From sequence record NC_020077.1: a stretch of DNA of 64,000 nucleotides. The stretch is one strand, 5' to 3'. Made by a program: the position numbers and the translations under genes. Position 1 is the stretch's first letter. Each line of letters starts with the position of its first letter. The notes below the pieces were generated by a model. The model did not search any database and had not been told where the DNA came from. It was given only the letters and a program-made list of their open reading frames with translations. Below are positions 1-9,243 of this stretch, piece by piece.

Positions 1-168
1 TACCCTGGCAAAACCCCACGTGACGTACTAGTATTAGTATTCGTGTATAATCCATTTAAGAAAAAGACTGATCACGAGATTGTTTCGAGGGCCTCAGATC
101 ACCTTTACAGGGCAATGGATGAGTTACGAAAAGATAATATCATCTTTGATTCCAACATTTTCCACTGA
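1..168 (+). CDS. 3' end of hypothetical protein (starts upstream of window)
   Basis: Open frame 1 from base 1 (YPGKTPRDVLVLVFV...SNIFH) to TGA at 166-168. Confidence 0.5.
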   Translation, partial: YPGKTPRDVLVLVFVYNPFKKKTDHEIVSRASDHLYRAMDELRKDNIIFDSNIFH

Positions 169-180
169 CAGGCTAGGTCG

Positions 181-228
181 TTCTGTAAATCTACCAAATT
201 GTTATGACAATTCTATAATTTTACCAAA
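181..228. repeat. 48-bp tri-palindromic element, full copy
   Basis: TTCTGTAAATCTACCAAA-TTGTTATGACAA-TTCTATAATTTTACCAAA. Confidence 0.9.
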
Positions 229-327
229 GCCCGTTTTTCCCTTGGGTTTTTATGACTATAATGCTATGTTTATATACGATTTTACGTTTTTGGCTATGTA
301 GCTCATGGTAGAAAGTTTTATAAGCTT
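229..327 (+). promoter_or_regulatory. Repeated ~100-bp early-promoter header ending in BRE/TATA AGAAAGTTTTATAAG (310-324)
   Basis: Aligns with 3821-3922, 8792-8893 and 10579-10680 (CCCTTTTTCCCTT ... ATTTTACGT ... GCTCAT ... AGAAAGTTTTATAAG). Confidence 0.85.
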
Positions 328-360
328 CAATAACAAAGTATAAAATCGGTGGTTTAAAAT

Positions 361-1359
361 TTGTCACAAATAAAGATAAATAATAAGGCTGAACTTATTT
401 CGAAAATACAACAGGATATTGAAGAGCTAACTCAAGTTGAGGGTACTTTTGGAATATATCACAGAATTGACAGTATAGAGGTAGATCTTAAATTTGCACA
501 GAAAGAGATTGAGGAGAAAAGTTTTACATCGAAAAGTGTGCAAAGAGCAATAGAACTGATACTTAGCATTTTAGAAGGCGTCTACTATGATGAAATAAGA
601 GAGTATTCCGTAATACTAAGTAACATTTTTAATAAGGCTTTTGATAAGGAGAAAGGCATAATAGTAACAGAGAAGTTTGATGCTAAAAATACGTTTATGT
701 ATGTTTTAGAAATTTACGCAAATTTATGGGCAATGAGCGCATTATACTGGCTTATAAAAGACAGCAGAGATATAGATCTACTAGATGAACTAAAAATAAA
801 TTTAGATGGATCTATGATGAGAGCAGTTTATATACTTAATAATATTACGAATTACTATATACAGTATGACAAAATTAGCACAGACAAAAGGCAAGTCTTG
901 GTAGAAGTGCTAGGTAAGTATCTCTCGAAGTATTATGACATGGTAGAAAATTATCATGAGCATCTTGAGGGAGACATGGATAAGATTGCCGCGATGCTTA
1001 AGGCAAATGAGGATATTGCTAGAGGAACTTACAGCATACTAAGCGCAGCTATTGATGAAATGTGGGAGTATTATAATGTAGCAATCACAGCTGCTAATCA
1101 GGCTAGATTAATGTTAGAAAAAGAAGCCTTAAACGAAGAGGAGCAAAGGGTAGGTGAAGAAAAAGTTGATTTTAACGTGATTACACAAAACTTGAGAGAG
1201 GCATATATAGGGTTTAAGGCATTACAAGCGTTTTATGACGTACTGTGTAATGATACGTATGAGCTATGCCTCGATGATTTCCAAAAGCATCTTGATGAGG
1301 CCCTAAAGAACGCTAAAGAGGCCTTACACTTAATCGCAGAGCTTTGCATAACATTCTGA
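361..1359 (+). CDS. Hypothetical alpha-helical acidic protein (332 aa)
   Basis: Long ORF, TTG start after GGTGG RBS and early promoter. Confidence 0.8.
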   Translation: MSQIKINNKAELISKIQQDIEELTQVEGTFGIYHRIDSIEVDLKFAQKEIEEKSFTSKSVQRAIELILSILEGVYYDEIREYSVILSNIFNKAFDKEKGIIVTEKFDAKNTFMYVLEIYANLWAMSALYWLIKDSRDIDLLDELKINLDGSMMRAVYILNNITNYYIQYDKISTDKRQVLVEVLGKYLSKYYDMVENYHEHLEGDMDKIAAMLKANEDIARGTYSILSAAIDEMWEYYNVAITAANQARLMLEKEALNEEEQRVGEEKVDFNVITQNLREAYIGFKALQAFYDVLCNDTYELCLDDFQKHLDEALKNAKEALHLIAELCITF

Positions 1360-1369
1360 AGAGGTAAAA

Positions 1370-2146
1370 GTGATGATAGTCAGACTAGTGTCATATTCAC
1401 CTGATGGTGAAAAGGTAGTAGCTATTGCGGCTAAAATGAGTAGGAGTAGGAAAGGTTGGGATTATCATGAAAAAGAAATGACTGATGAAGAGATTGAGAC
1501 ATGGATTAGGGATGCAATTCTACATGGGTATTGGTCTGTGTTAGAGCATTCAGTTTATACTTTTTCTATTGAGGGAATTTCTAGGGTTGCGTCTCATCAG
1601 CTTGTTAGGCATAGAATAGCCTCTTATACGCAAATGTCTCATAGGTTTGCTAGGCCAATAGATGAATATTATAAACCAATAATACCTACTAACATTAAAA
1701 AGAGGGATGTTCATGAGCTAGTTAACAAAGCTTACAATAATGCTTATGAAATTTATTATGAATTGTTGAAGAGCGGAATACCCGAAGAGGATGCACGTTA
1801 TGTTTTACCAAACGCTGTTAATACAAACATCGTAGTAACTATGAATGCTAGGGAATTATATAATTTCTTTTCCCTAAGGCTCTGTTCAAGAGCTCAATGG
1901 GAAATTAGAGCAATTGCATGGAGAATGCTAGAGGAAGTAAAGAAAGTTCACCCAAGATTATTTAGATATGCTGGGCCAAATTGCATAATACATGAGAATT
2001 TCATAAGAAATGAGTATATAACTTTAGATGATGTGCTTAAAAATCACAATATAGAGTTTATATCTCAAAGATGTATTGAAGGAGTTAATAGGGATGGAAT
2101 TATAAAATGCATCATTAACTCACGTGGAGTTATTGACTCGAGGTGA
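1370..2146 (+). CDS. thyX: FAD-dependent thymidylate synthase ThyX
   Basis: SVLEH and [17 protein letters not shown] signature; AQWEIR C-terminal motif. Confidence 0.97.
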   Translation: MMIVRLVSYSPDGEKVVAIAAKMSRSRKGWDYHEKEMTDEEIETWIRDAILHGYWSVLEHSVYTFSIEGISRVASHQLVRHRIASYTQMSHRFARPIDEYYKPIIPTNIKKRDVHELVNKAYNNAYEIYYELLKSGIPEEDARYVLPNAVNTNIVVTMNARELYNFFSLRLCSRAQWEIRAIAWRMLEEVKKVHPRLFRYAGPNCIIHENFIRNEYITLDDVLKNHNIEFISQRCIEGVNRDGIIKCIINSRGVIDSR

Positions 2147-2165
2147 AGTGATGAAAACATATTTA

Positions 2166-2205
2166 CGAATTTCGAACTTGTGCTATATACAGGGACTTCG
2201 AACTT
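2166..2205 (+). repeat. TTCGAA-rich 40-bp repeat core, copy 1
   Basis: CGAATTTCGAACTTGTGCTATATACAGGGACTTCGAACTT; 38/40 identical to 27275-27314 and 37/40 to the reverse complement of 48730-48769. Confidence 0.9.
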
Positions 2206-2261
2206 TTATTGCTAAAATTTTCCCTTTCTTAAATCTCATGAGGACGAGAAAAATTCGTGAC

Positions 2262-2309
2262 GGTAGCAAATTTGCAGAAATGTCATGCCAGTTCTACAAT
2301 TTTACCAAA
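2262..2309. repeat. 48-bp tri-palindromic element, full copy
   Basis: GGTAGCAAATTTGCAGAA-ATGTCATGCCAG-TTCTACAATTTTACCAAA. Confidence 0.8.
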
Positions 2310-2377
2310 TCCCCCTTTTCCCCCTTTTTAAGTCTAGATAAGTCTAAAAGGGAAAAGATGAATAGAGGTAAGAAGAG

Positions 2378-3253
2378 ATGGCAGACACAATGAAGATCGT
2401 TTTAGGACTTTCTGATAACAGAGTGAAGTTATGGGAGTTAGGTGTGCCATTAATGATTAATCAGTTGGTGTGGGACAGTGTAGAATGGGAAAATGAAACG
2501 TGGGTAGATTCTGGTGGCTATCAAATAATGGTTAAAAAAATGCAGATTAGTGTAGATGCCGTATTGGATAAATACAAGAGGCTTGATGCAGACTATTACA
2601 TTAGCCTCGATATACCTGCAACACCTTGCGAAAAGCCTTCAGAGCTTAATTTCAAGCATTTTGAGTACCTATACACGAGACTGGATAAGAATATAATACC
2701 AGTCATTCACGCTTATGATGTTGAAAGTATTAAAAAGGCTATTGATTTCTACTCTCAATATACGGATTATATCGCATTTGGTGGGATAGTTCCACCATCT
2801 CTTAATAAGGTAGCTAGCCAAAAGCTAGCAGTTGCAATGTACCGCCTTGTTAGGAAAGAATGGAAGGGTAAAATTCACGTTTTAGGTGCTGGTTCTCCTT
2901 TCATGAGAAAGGTTTTTTATGATGCTGATAGTGTTGATACATCAACTTATAGAGTAAAGGCAATACATGGTATGGTGTTATTGCCTGGAAAAGGAGAAAG
3001 GTATGTTGGAGAGAGAAAAATAAGTTGGGGGGCTAGACGAATTAGTGAAGATGAACTTGAATCGCTAAAGGCTTTTCTAGAGAAAACTCACTATCCATTT
3101 CCTATTAGGTTTGATAATTGGATGGATAGATCACTTGTTAACGCATGGGTTTTGTTACACAGTGAGTATGAGGAAGATAATCCTCTTATCAGATATGCAC
3201 ACAACATAACAGACCCAGAGGCTGAGATAAATGAGTTATGTAGAAAGCTGTGA
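2378..3253 (+). CDS. tRNA-guanine transglycosylase superfamily protein (DpdA-like candidate)
   Basis: WVDSGGYQ, SLDIP, IAFGG, IHVLGAG and DSVDTST motifs of the TGT barrel; no PUA domain or Zn-binding CxCxxC. Confidence 0.85.
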   Translation: MADTMKIVLGLSDNRVKLWELGVPLMINQLVWDSVEWENETWVDSGGYQIMVKKMQISVDAVLDKYKRLDADYYISLDIPATPCEKPSELNFKHFEYLYTRLDKNIIPVIHAYDVESIKKAIDFYSQYTDYIAFGGIVPPSLNKVASQKLAVAMYRLVRKEWKGKIHVLGAGSPFMRKVFYDADSVDTSTYRVKAIHGMVLLPGKGERYVGERKISWGARRISEDELESLKAFLEKTHYPFPIRFDNWMDRSLVNAWVLLHSEYEEDNPLIRYAHNITDPEAEINELCRKL

Positions 3254-3788
3254 ACACTTAGAGAAATATCTTGGCTCAAATAATGAACCAATAATAAAAA
3301 AGCCCGGCTTTGACCCATTCCAACACCCTGTCGTAAGGAAATGGCATGAGTACTTTCTCAATAACTGGCATTCCAAAAAAGAAATAGCGCTTTTACTGCC
3401 CTGCACATCAGTTAAGCCTTATAATAGGTCAGCTACTCATAAATTAGCATACTCGTTATTGAGAAAGTATAAACTTGAGGATAAGGTTCAGGTTTACTCT
3501 GTCTCCGAGCCGATGTTGTTAGTCCCTAGAGAGTTAGAGAACTGTTACCCTTTCAATTCTTATGATTATCCTCCTTCTTTAATGACTGAAGAAGAAAAAC
3601 AAGAGTTCATCAGCCTACTTTCCATTGCACTCTCTCATGTCCACAATATCCATAAGAGAATAATCGCAGTTTTGCCTAAACATCATTACAAGATAGTTTA
3701 TGAGGCTTCTAAAAACATCCCAATCGAACTTTATCCTTATGGCAAATTAGCTTTTAAAACGATAGCAAATGTTATAATGAAGATATGA
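3231..3788 (+). CDS. DUF5591 / archaeosine synthase (ArcS)-like domain protein
   Basis: ALLLPCTSVKPYNRSATH (PCxxxKPY motif), SEPMLLVPRELE, YDYPP; overlaps the TGT-like gene by 23 bp. Confidence 0.8.
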   Translation: MSYVESCEHLEKYLGSNNEPIIKKPGFDPFQHPVVRKWHEYFLNNWHSKKEIALLLPCTSVKPYNRSATHKLAYSLLRKYKLEDKVQVYSVSEPMLLVPRELENCYPFNSYDYPPSLMTEEEKQEFISLLSIALSHVHNIHKRIIAVLPKHHYKIVYEASKNIPIELYPYGKLAFKTIANVIMKI

Positions 3789-3802
3789 ACAACTATAGAC
3801 AA

Positions 3803-3922
3803 TTCACCAATTTTACCAAAGCCCCTTTTTTCCCTTGTGTCTTTTCTTACTACCGTTTATGAAGTTACGTTATTTTACGTGTTTGGTTATGAAGCTCATT
3901 ATAGAAAGTTTTATAAGTTTAA
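3803..3922 (+). promoter_or_regulatory. 18-bp palindrome half element plus early-promoter header
   Basis: TTCACCAATTTTACCAAA (3803-3820), header, AGAAAGTTTTATAAG at 3903-3917. Confidence 0.85.
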
Positions 3923-3949
3923 AGTGTAACAGAGATAATCGGTGGGAAA

Positions 3950-4270
3950 ATGTCAGAGGTGGAGCGCCTAAAACCTGTAACCTTTAAGTGTGAAGATAGT
4001 CTGTTTTTAAAGCTAGAGGAAGAGGCTAAAAAAGCTAACGTCGCTAAAACTAAAATTATAAGAGAGGCATTAGCGAAGCTTTTACAACATGACATTGAGG
4101 AAATAAGGGAGTTAAGTAGAGGAACTCCTCCCTATTCAGGCAAGCGTGTAGTTTCAATAAGGCTTCCCGAAAGCCTTAATACTCAGTTAGAGATTGCTGC
4201 AGAAAAAATAAGGTCTAACAAGAGTGACCTGATAAGGGCTGCTTTAGCAGCCTACTTCAGGTTAGTGTAA
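3950..4270 (+). CDS. Tandem two-RHH DNA-binding protein
   Basis: KPVTFKCEDSLFLKLEEEAKK...IIREAL and VVSIRLPESLNTQL...DLIRAAL ribbon-helix-helix patterns. Confidence 0.85.
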   Translation: MSEVERLKPVTFKCEDSLFLKLEEEAKKANVAKTKIIREALAKLLQHDIEEIRELSRGTPPYSGKRVVSIRLPESLNTQLEIAAEKIRSNKSDLIRAALAAYFRLV

Positions 4271-4272
4271 GG

Positions 4273-5343
4273 GTGATGAAAATGGCGTATTTATACTTGC
4301 AGCTACATAAATCTTTATTAAAGAAAGTAAAGAAAGAAGCGTCACGTTTAAATGTAAAACGAAAACTTTTGATGAGTGCTGCAATTCAAGCGTTTGTCGA
4401 AAACCCGCCAGAAACCATAAATCTACCGCCAGACTTGAATAACGGATTTGAACTGACAATTGGCGTTACCTTAGAACTGCCTAAAGATGTTATAGAAAAG
4501 ATTTATTCTTACACTATATCAAAAGCTCTTTCGGTAAAAAAAGTAGCGGAGATAGCGATAACTACTTTTCTTAGCCTTTCTGATGAACAGAAAATGATCT
4601 ATATAGATAAGGAGATAAAAAGACTTGAAGAGAAGAGAAAGAGAAAACTAAGCGAAGAGCGTATGTTTCAATTTCTGGAAAGTATTGCTTCAAAAGATCC
4701 TTCTCGATCAGTTCGAATAAGTTTTAAATGTGTAGATGACTTACATAAACTACTTGAAAACGAAGCACGTGAAAGGGGAACAACAGCGAGTGAGCTTATA
4801 AGAGGTGCTGTTGAAGAATTTTTACAAAACTACTATAAGGGCAAGATAAAAATAAGAAAGCTGTATGAGGCTGCTAAAGACTCGCATTATAGCAAAGCTG
4901 GGGACAAAGTATATGACCTAAAAGTACCTACATATATTCTATTACATTTAATGGAAATAGCTGATAATGTGAAGTTGTCTGTGGCTATGCTTATTCGTCT
5001 TGCCATAATGAGATACTTGAAGCTGGTTGACATGCAGCCGCGAAAACGAGTCAGATTCGCATGTGCGGCTAGTCTTATTTTAATGATAGAGGAGGAGGTT
5101 AAAAAAACTAACACCGCAAAAGACGCAATTATAAAGGAGGCAGTGAAACAACTTTTACAGCATAGTGTCGATGAGATAAGGGAGTTAAGCAGAAAAACTT
5201 CTCCCTATTCGGGCAGCTATGAAGTTTTCATAAAGCTTCCTGAGAGCCTTGTCGTACAACTAGATGCTATTGTAAGAAAAGTAAGGACTAGTAGAAGCAA
5301 TCTCATACGGACTGCATTGGCAGCTTATTTCAAGTTAGTGTAA
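4273..5343 (+). CDS. Six-RHH DNA-binding protein
   Basis: Six strand-helix-helix units; last two homologous to 3950-4270. Confidence 0.8.
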   Translation: MMKMAYLYLQLHKSLLKKVKKEASRLNVKRKLLMSAAIQAFVENPPETINLPPDLNNGFELTIGVTLELPKDVIEKIYSYTISKALSVKKVAEIAITTFLSLSDEQKMIYIDKEIKRLEEKRKRKLSEERMFQFLESIASKDPSRSVRISFKCVDDLHKLLENEARERGTTASELIRGAVEEFLQNYYKGKIKIRKLYEAAKDSHYSKAGDKVYDLKVPTYILLHLMEIADNVKLSVAMLIRLAIMRYLKLVDMQPRKRVRFACAASLILMIEEEVKKTNTAKDAIIKEAVKQLLQHSVDEIRELSRKTSPYSGSYEVFIKLPESLVVQLDAIVRKVRTSRSNLIRTALAAYFKLV

Positions 5344-5345
5344 GG

Positions 5346-6440
5346 GTGGCAAAGATGGCATATTTACACTTTATAATGCGCAACTCTCTACTTAAAAAGG
5401 TAAACGAAGAAGCTACCCGCTTAAATGTAAAACGAACACTTTTAATGAAAGCTGCAATTCGGGCGTTTATTGAAAACCCTCCAGAAACCATACAACCGTT
5501 ACCAAATGCAATCGGCGGATTTGGACGAAAAGAAACAACACAAATTTTCTTAACACTGCCAGAAGACACTTTAGAAAAGATTTATTCTTACGCCACTGCA
5601 AAAGGACTATCAATAAGAAAGGTAGCGGAGAAGGCAGTAGCTGATTTCCTTAACTTGTCTGATGAACAGAAACTAATTTATATAAATAAGGAGATGGAAA
5701 GACTTATAGAGAAGAGAAAGGGAAAACTAGACAAAGAGTCTACACTACAATTGCTAGAGCCCGAGGCTTCAAAAGATCCTTCTCTGCTGGTTCCAATAAG
5801 TTTTAAATGTATAGATGATTTACGTAAACTACTTGCAAAAGAAGCACATGAAAGAGGAACAACGGCGAGTGAACTTGTAAGAAGAGCTGTTGAAGAATTT
5901 TTACGAAAACATGGTGATAACCTTGAGGAAATCAAAAAGCTGCATGAGGCTACTAAAGACTTGTATTATAGCGAAGTTGAGGACAAAATATGTACTTTAA
6001 AAATGCCAGCGTATATGGCAGTACAATTGGCAAAAATAGCTAATAAGATGAATGTGTCTAAGTCTGCGTTAATTCGCCTTGCGATCGTGAAATATCTGAA
6101 CCTGAGTGACACAAAGCCACAAAAACAAACAGAGCCACAAAAACACATAAGCTTCGGGTGTGCGGCTAGCCTTGTTTCAATGTTAGAAGAAGAGTCTAAA
6201 AAAGCTAACACCGCAAAAGCTGCAATTGTAAGGGAGGCAGTAACGAGGCTTTTACAGCATAGTGTTGATGAGATAAGAGAGTTAAGTAGAAGAAATCCGG
6301 CTTGTTCAGCCGACTATACAGTTTCCGTAATGCTTCCTGAGAGTCTTAATACTCAGCTAGATATTATTGCAGAAAAAGTAAGGACTACTAAGAACGATCT
6401 GATGAGGACTGCATTAGCAGTTTATTTCTGGTTGGTATAA
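5346..6440 (+). CDS. Six-RHH DNA-binding protein (paralog of 4273-5343)
   Basis: Same six-unit architecture; colinear similarity. Confidence 0.8.
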   Translation: MAKMAYLHFIMRNSLLKKVNEEATRLNVKRTLLMKAAIRAFIENPPETIQPLPNAIGGFGRKETTQIFLTLPEDTLEKIYSYATAKGLSIRKVAEKAVADFLNLSDEQKLIYINKEMERLIEKRKGKLDKESTLQLLEPEASKDPSLLVPISFKCIDDLRKLLAKEAHERGTTASELVRRAVEEFLRKHGDNLEEIKKLHEATKDLYYSEVEDKICTLKMPAYMAVQLAKIANKMNVSKSALIRLAIVKYLNLSDTKPQKQTEPQKHISFGCAASLVSMLEEESKKANTAKAAIVREAVTRLLQHSVDEIRELSRRNPACSADYTVSVMLPESLNTQLDIIAEKVRTTKNDLMRTALAVYFWLV

Positions 6441-6451
6441 GGGTGATATAA

Positions 6452-7663
6452 ATGGCATCTATCGAGTTCATTATCCCTGAAACATTATTAGATAAAGTAA
6501 AGGAAGAGGCAAAACGATTTTATGTTAGTGACAAACTTCTGATGAAGGCTGCTATTATTGCATTTATTGAAAATTCTACTGATGCTATAAAACCATTACC
6601 ACTTAATTATAATAAAAAAGAAGAAGAGTTGAAACTTATTCGCTTAGACTTACCAGAAGATATTGCGCAAAAGGTTCATCTTTACAGCAAGATAAAAGGA
6701 TTTCCGATTCGAAGGATCATTAGTAGTATGGTAGATAACTTCCTTAATCTTAATGATGAACGGAAAAAGTTCTATATAGATGAATTAAAAACAATACTAC
6801 CTAGCCTTAAAGTTGGTGCTTGGCGTATAATAAAACTGAAAGAAGCTTTAGCTTCAGGAAATCTTGATTCGCTAATTCAAGTAAGCTTTAAGTGTAATAA
6901 AGAGTTATACGTACTGCTTAAGGACGAGGCATTGAGAAAACATATAATGATAAATGTACTTGTAAGGCAGGTTGTTGATGATTTTGTGCAAAAGTATGGT
7001 GATAATCATGAGGTAATAAAAAAGATGCATAAAGTTGCTAATCACCTCTTTTATGGAAAGATTAACGATAGGGCTCTCGATGTAGAGTTGTCCGCACGTG
7101 TCTTACTGCAATTGGAAAAAATTTCGAGACAGACGCTAGTTTCTAAAAACGATATTATTCGCCTTGCGATTATGAGTCATTTGAATTTACTGAACGAGAG
7201 CGTCCTTGAACGGCCAATTTTTATAAAAAACGATCTACCACAACAAAATAATAAAGACAACCAGGCACAGACAGATAGTTTTATTAATATACTGTTGCCA
7301 AATAAACTTTACAATTTATTAAAGAGATATGTAATGCCTAACTACGAAGCCAATAAGGAAAGAGAGATTAAGTCTGTAGTCAGTAATGTTGTGACAGAAG
7401 TAATAACACAGTGGGCAAAAGAGCGTTTTTCCGAAAGCGGCGATGTTGAAACTTACGTAGTATGGCAAATAATTTTGGGCGATTTAAAAATGAGCTTTTA
7501 CCCTAGCCTAAAAAGAGGCACAATAGTAAAGAAGCAAGATATCCTAGATGCGATGAAGAATATAAAATATGTATTAGATGAAACAAGGTTATTTAAAACC
7601 TTTAAGGAACGCGGTTATCTAGAGGAGATCGATAATGATAATGTTAAGATTCTACTTCTGTGA
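6452..7663 (+). CDS. Multi-RHH protein (about 5 RHH) with C-terminal helical/winged-helix-like domain
   Basis: Four RHH units shared with paralogs, then FINILLPNKLYNLL and a C-terminal tail nearly identical in DNA to 10299-10527. Confidence 0.8.
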   Translation: MASIEFIIPETLLDKVKEEAKRFYVSDKLLMKAAIIAFIENSTDAIKPLPLNYNKKEEELKLIRLDLPEDIAQKVHLYSKIKGFPIRRIISSMVDNFLNLNDERKKFYIDELKTILPSLKVGAWRIIKLKEALASGNLDSLIQVSFKCNKELYVLLKDEALRKHIMINVLVRQVVDDFVQKYGDNHEVIKKMHKVANHLFYGKINDRALDVELSARVLLQLEKISRQTLVSKNDIIRLAIMSHLNLLNESVLERPIFIKNDLPQQNNKDNQAQTDSFINILLPNKLYNLLKRYVMPNYEANKEREIKSVVSNVVTEVITQWAKERFSESGDVETYVVWQIILGDLKMSFYPSLKRGTIVKKQDILDAMKNIKYVLDETRLFKTFKERGYLEEIDNDNVKILLL

Positions 7664-7678
7664 GTTTTTCGCCAACTT

Positions 7679-8758
7679 TTGGTGATGAAGATGGCATATT
7701 TAGACTTTTATATGCATAATTCTTTATTAAATAAAGTAAAGGAAGAAGCAAAACGGCTTAATGTAAGTGACAAACTTCTGATGAAGGCCGCTATTATTGC
7801 ATTTGTTGAAAATCCTACCGATTCTATAAAACCATTACCAGATGGTAATCATAACAACGGAAAGGTAGTAAGAGTTATCATAAAGCTTTCAGAAGACATT
7901 ATCAATAAATTTATACTTTATGCGAAGTCCAAAAATGCTACAATTAAAGAAGTTGCTGAAAATGCGATAGCTAACTTCCTTACTCTAGGCGATGAGCAGA
8001 AAAGGCCCTATATAGAAGAAGAAAAAAGGCAGTTAGCCGAAGCTAGGAAAAAATTAGCTGAACTTAATAAAAAGGAAATGCAAAAGAAGTCTTCAACACA
8101 GCTGCAAGCTGATATAGGGCCAAACAGCCTTATTATAATGTCCTTTAAATGCAATCCTAACTTATACAAACTACTTGAAAATGAGGCAATGAAAAGACGC
8201 GTAGCAGTTGCAGAGCTCATAAGAAATGCTGTTGCGGATTTTCTACAGAAATATGGGAATAATTATGATGAAATTATTAGATTATATTTTGCGGTCGATC
8301 TCTTCTTTTCTAAAAATAATACGAGTAATATTGGTACTAAAATATGTATCGTAAAAATGCCAGCATATATGGCATCAGAATTAGAAAAAATTGCAAGACA
8401 AACATCAGTCACAAAAAGTGGTGTTATTCGCCTTGCGATTATGAACCATTTGAATTTGTTAAATGGAAGTGTCACAGAACAACAGAAGATTACACAAAAT
8501 GAGGCAGCAAATGATCCGCCTAATGATCCGCCACAACAAAATAATAAAGATGAACTCTTACGAGCAAGTCGTTTTATTAGTGTGTCTTTACCAGAACCAC
8601 TTTATAATTTACTAAAGAAATATGTAATGCTTAAGTATAATGTTAATAAGGAAAGAGAGATTAAGTCTATAGTCAGTAACATTATAGCAGAAGTATTGGC
8701 ACAGTGGTCACAAGAGCATTTCTCCAAAAGCGGCGATGTTGAAACTCGTGTTCGGTAA
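7679..8758 (+). CDS. Multi-RHH protein lacking the C-terminal domain of its paralogs
   Basis: Follows paralog 6452 to SGDVET, then ends RVR* just before a palindrome element. Confidence 0.8.
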   Translation: MVMKMAYLDFYMHNSLLNKVKEEAKRLNVSDKLLMKAAIIAFVENPTDSIKPLPDGNHNNGKVVRVIIKLSEDIINKFILYAKSKNATIKEVAENAIANFLTLGDEQKRPYIEEEKRQLAEARKKLAELNKKEMQKKSSTQLQADIGPNSLIIMSFKCNPNLYKLLENEAMKRRVAVAELIRNAVADFLQKYGNNYDEIIRLYFAVDLFFSKNNTSNIGTKICIVKMPAYMASELEKIARQTSVTKSGVIRLAIMNHLNLLNGSVTEQQKITQNEAANDPPNDPPQQNNKDELLRASRFISVSLPEPLYNLLKKYVMLKYNVNKEREIKSIVSNIIAEVLAQWSQEHFSKSGDVETRVR

Positions 8759-8761
8759 ACC

Positions 8762-8893
8762 TTGTCATGTCAGTTCTGCAAATTTACCAAAGTCCCTTTT
8801 TCCCCTTGTGTCTTTTCTTACTACCGTTTATGATTTTGCGTAATTTTACGTATTTGACTATGAAGCTCATGGTAGAAAGTTTTATAAGCTTAA
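8762..8893 (+). promoter_or_regulatory. Partial palindrome element plus early-promoter header
   Basis: TTGTCATGTCAG-TTCTGCAAATTTACCAAA (8762-8791); AGAAAGTTTTATAAG at 8874-8888. Confidence 0.85.
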
Positions 8894-8921
8894 ATGGTCA
8901 CAGTAATAGTCGGTAGGAAAA

Positions 8922-9242
8922 ATGTCAAGTAAAGAGTATTTAAAACAAACAAGCTTTAAGTGTGAGGATAGTCTGTTTTTAAAGACTGAGGAAGAGTCTA
9001 AAAAAACTAATACTACAAAAGCCACAATTGTAAGGGAGGCAGTGAAACAACTTTTACAGCATAGGGTCGATGAAATAAGGGAGTTAAGTAAAAAAACTTC
9101 TCCCTATTCAGGTGGCTATATAGTTTCCATAATACTTCCTGAGAGTCTCAACGCCCAACTAGATGCTATTGCAGGAAAAGTAAGGACTAGTAGAAGCAAT
9201 CTCATACGGACTGCATTAGCAGCCTATTTCAGGCTAGTTTAG
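8922..9242 (+). CDS. Tandem two-RHH protein (paralog of 3950-4270)
   Basis: Same length and architecture; DNA close to 5100-5343. Confidence 0.85.
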   Translation: MSSKEYLKQTSFKCEDSLFLKTEEESKKTNTTKATIVREAVKQLLQHRVDEIRELSKKTSPYSGGYIVSIILPESLNAQLDAIAGKVRTSRSNLIRTALAAYFRLV

Positions 9243-9243
9243 C

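Noticed and set aside
2166-2205. TTCGAA clusters as heat-shock elements or as the target of the adjacent MTase
   Set aside because: No archaeal HSF-type factor is evident, and TTCGAA also occurs singly in coding DNA; the MTase link cannot be supported without a methylome
2124-2393. 89-aa ORF (likewise 80-301 and 10541-10741)
   Set aside because: Spans non-coding repeats and promoter headers; no coding signature
8759-8767. ACCTTGTCA at the RHH truncation point matching the tnpB right end
   Set aside because: Only 9 bp, mostly explained by the TTGTCA half of the element spacer; no other IS sequence nearby
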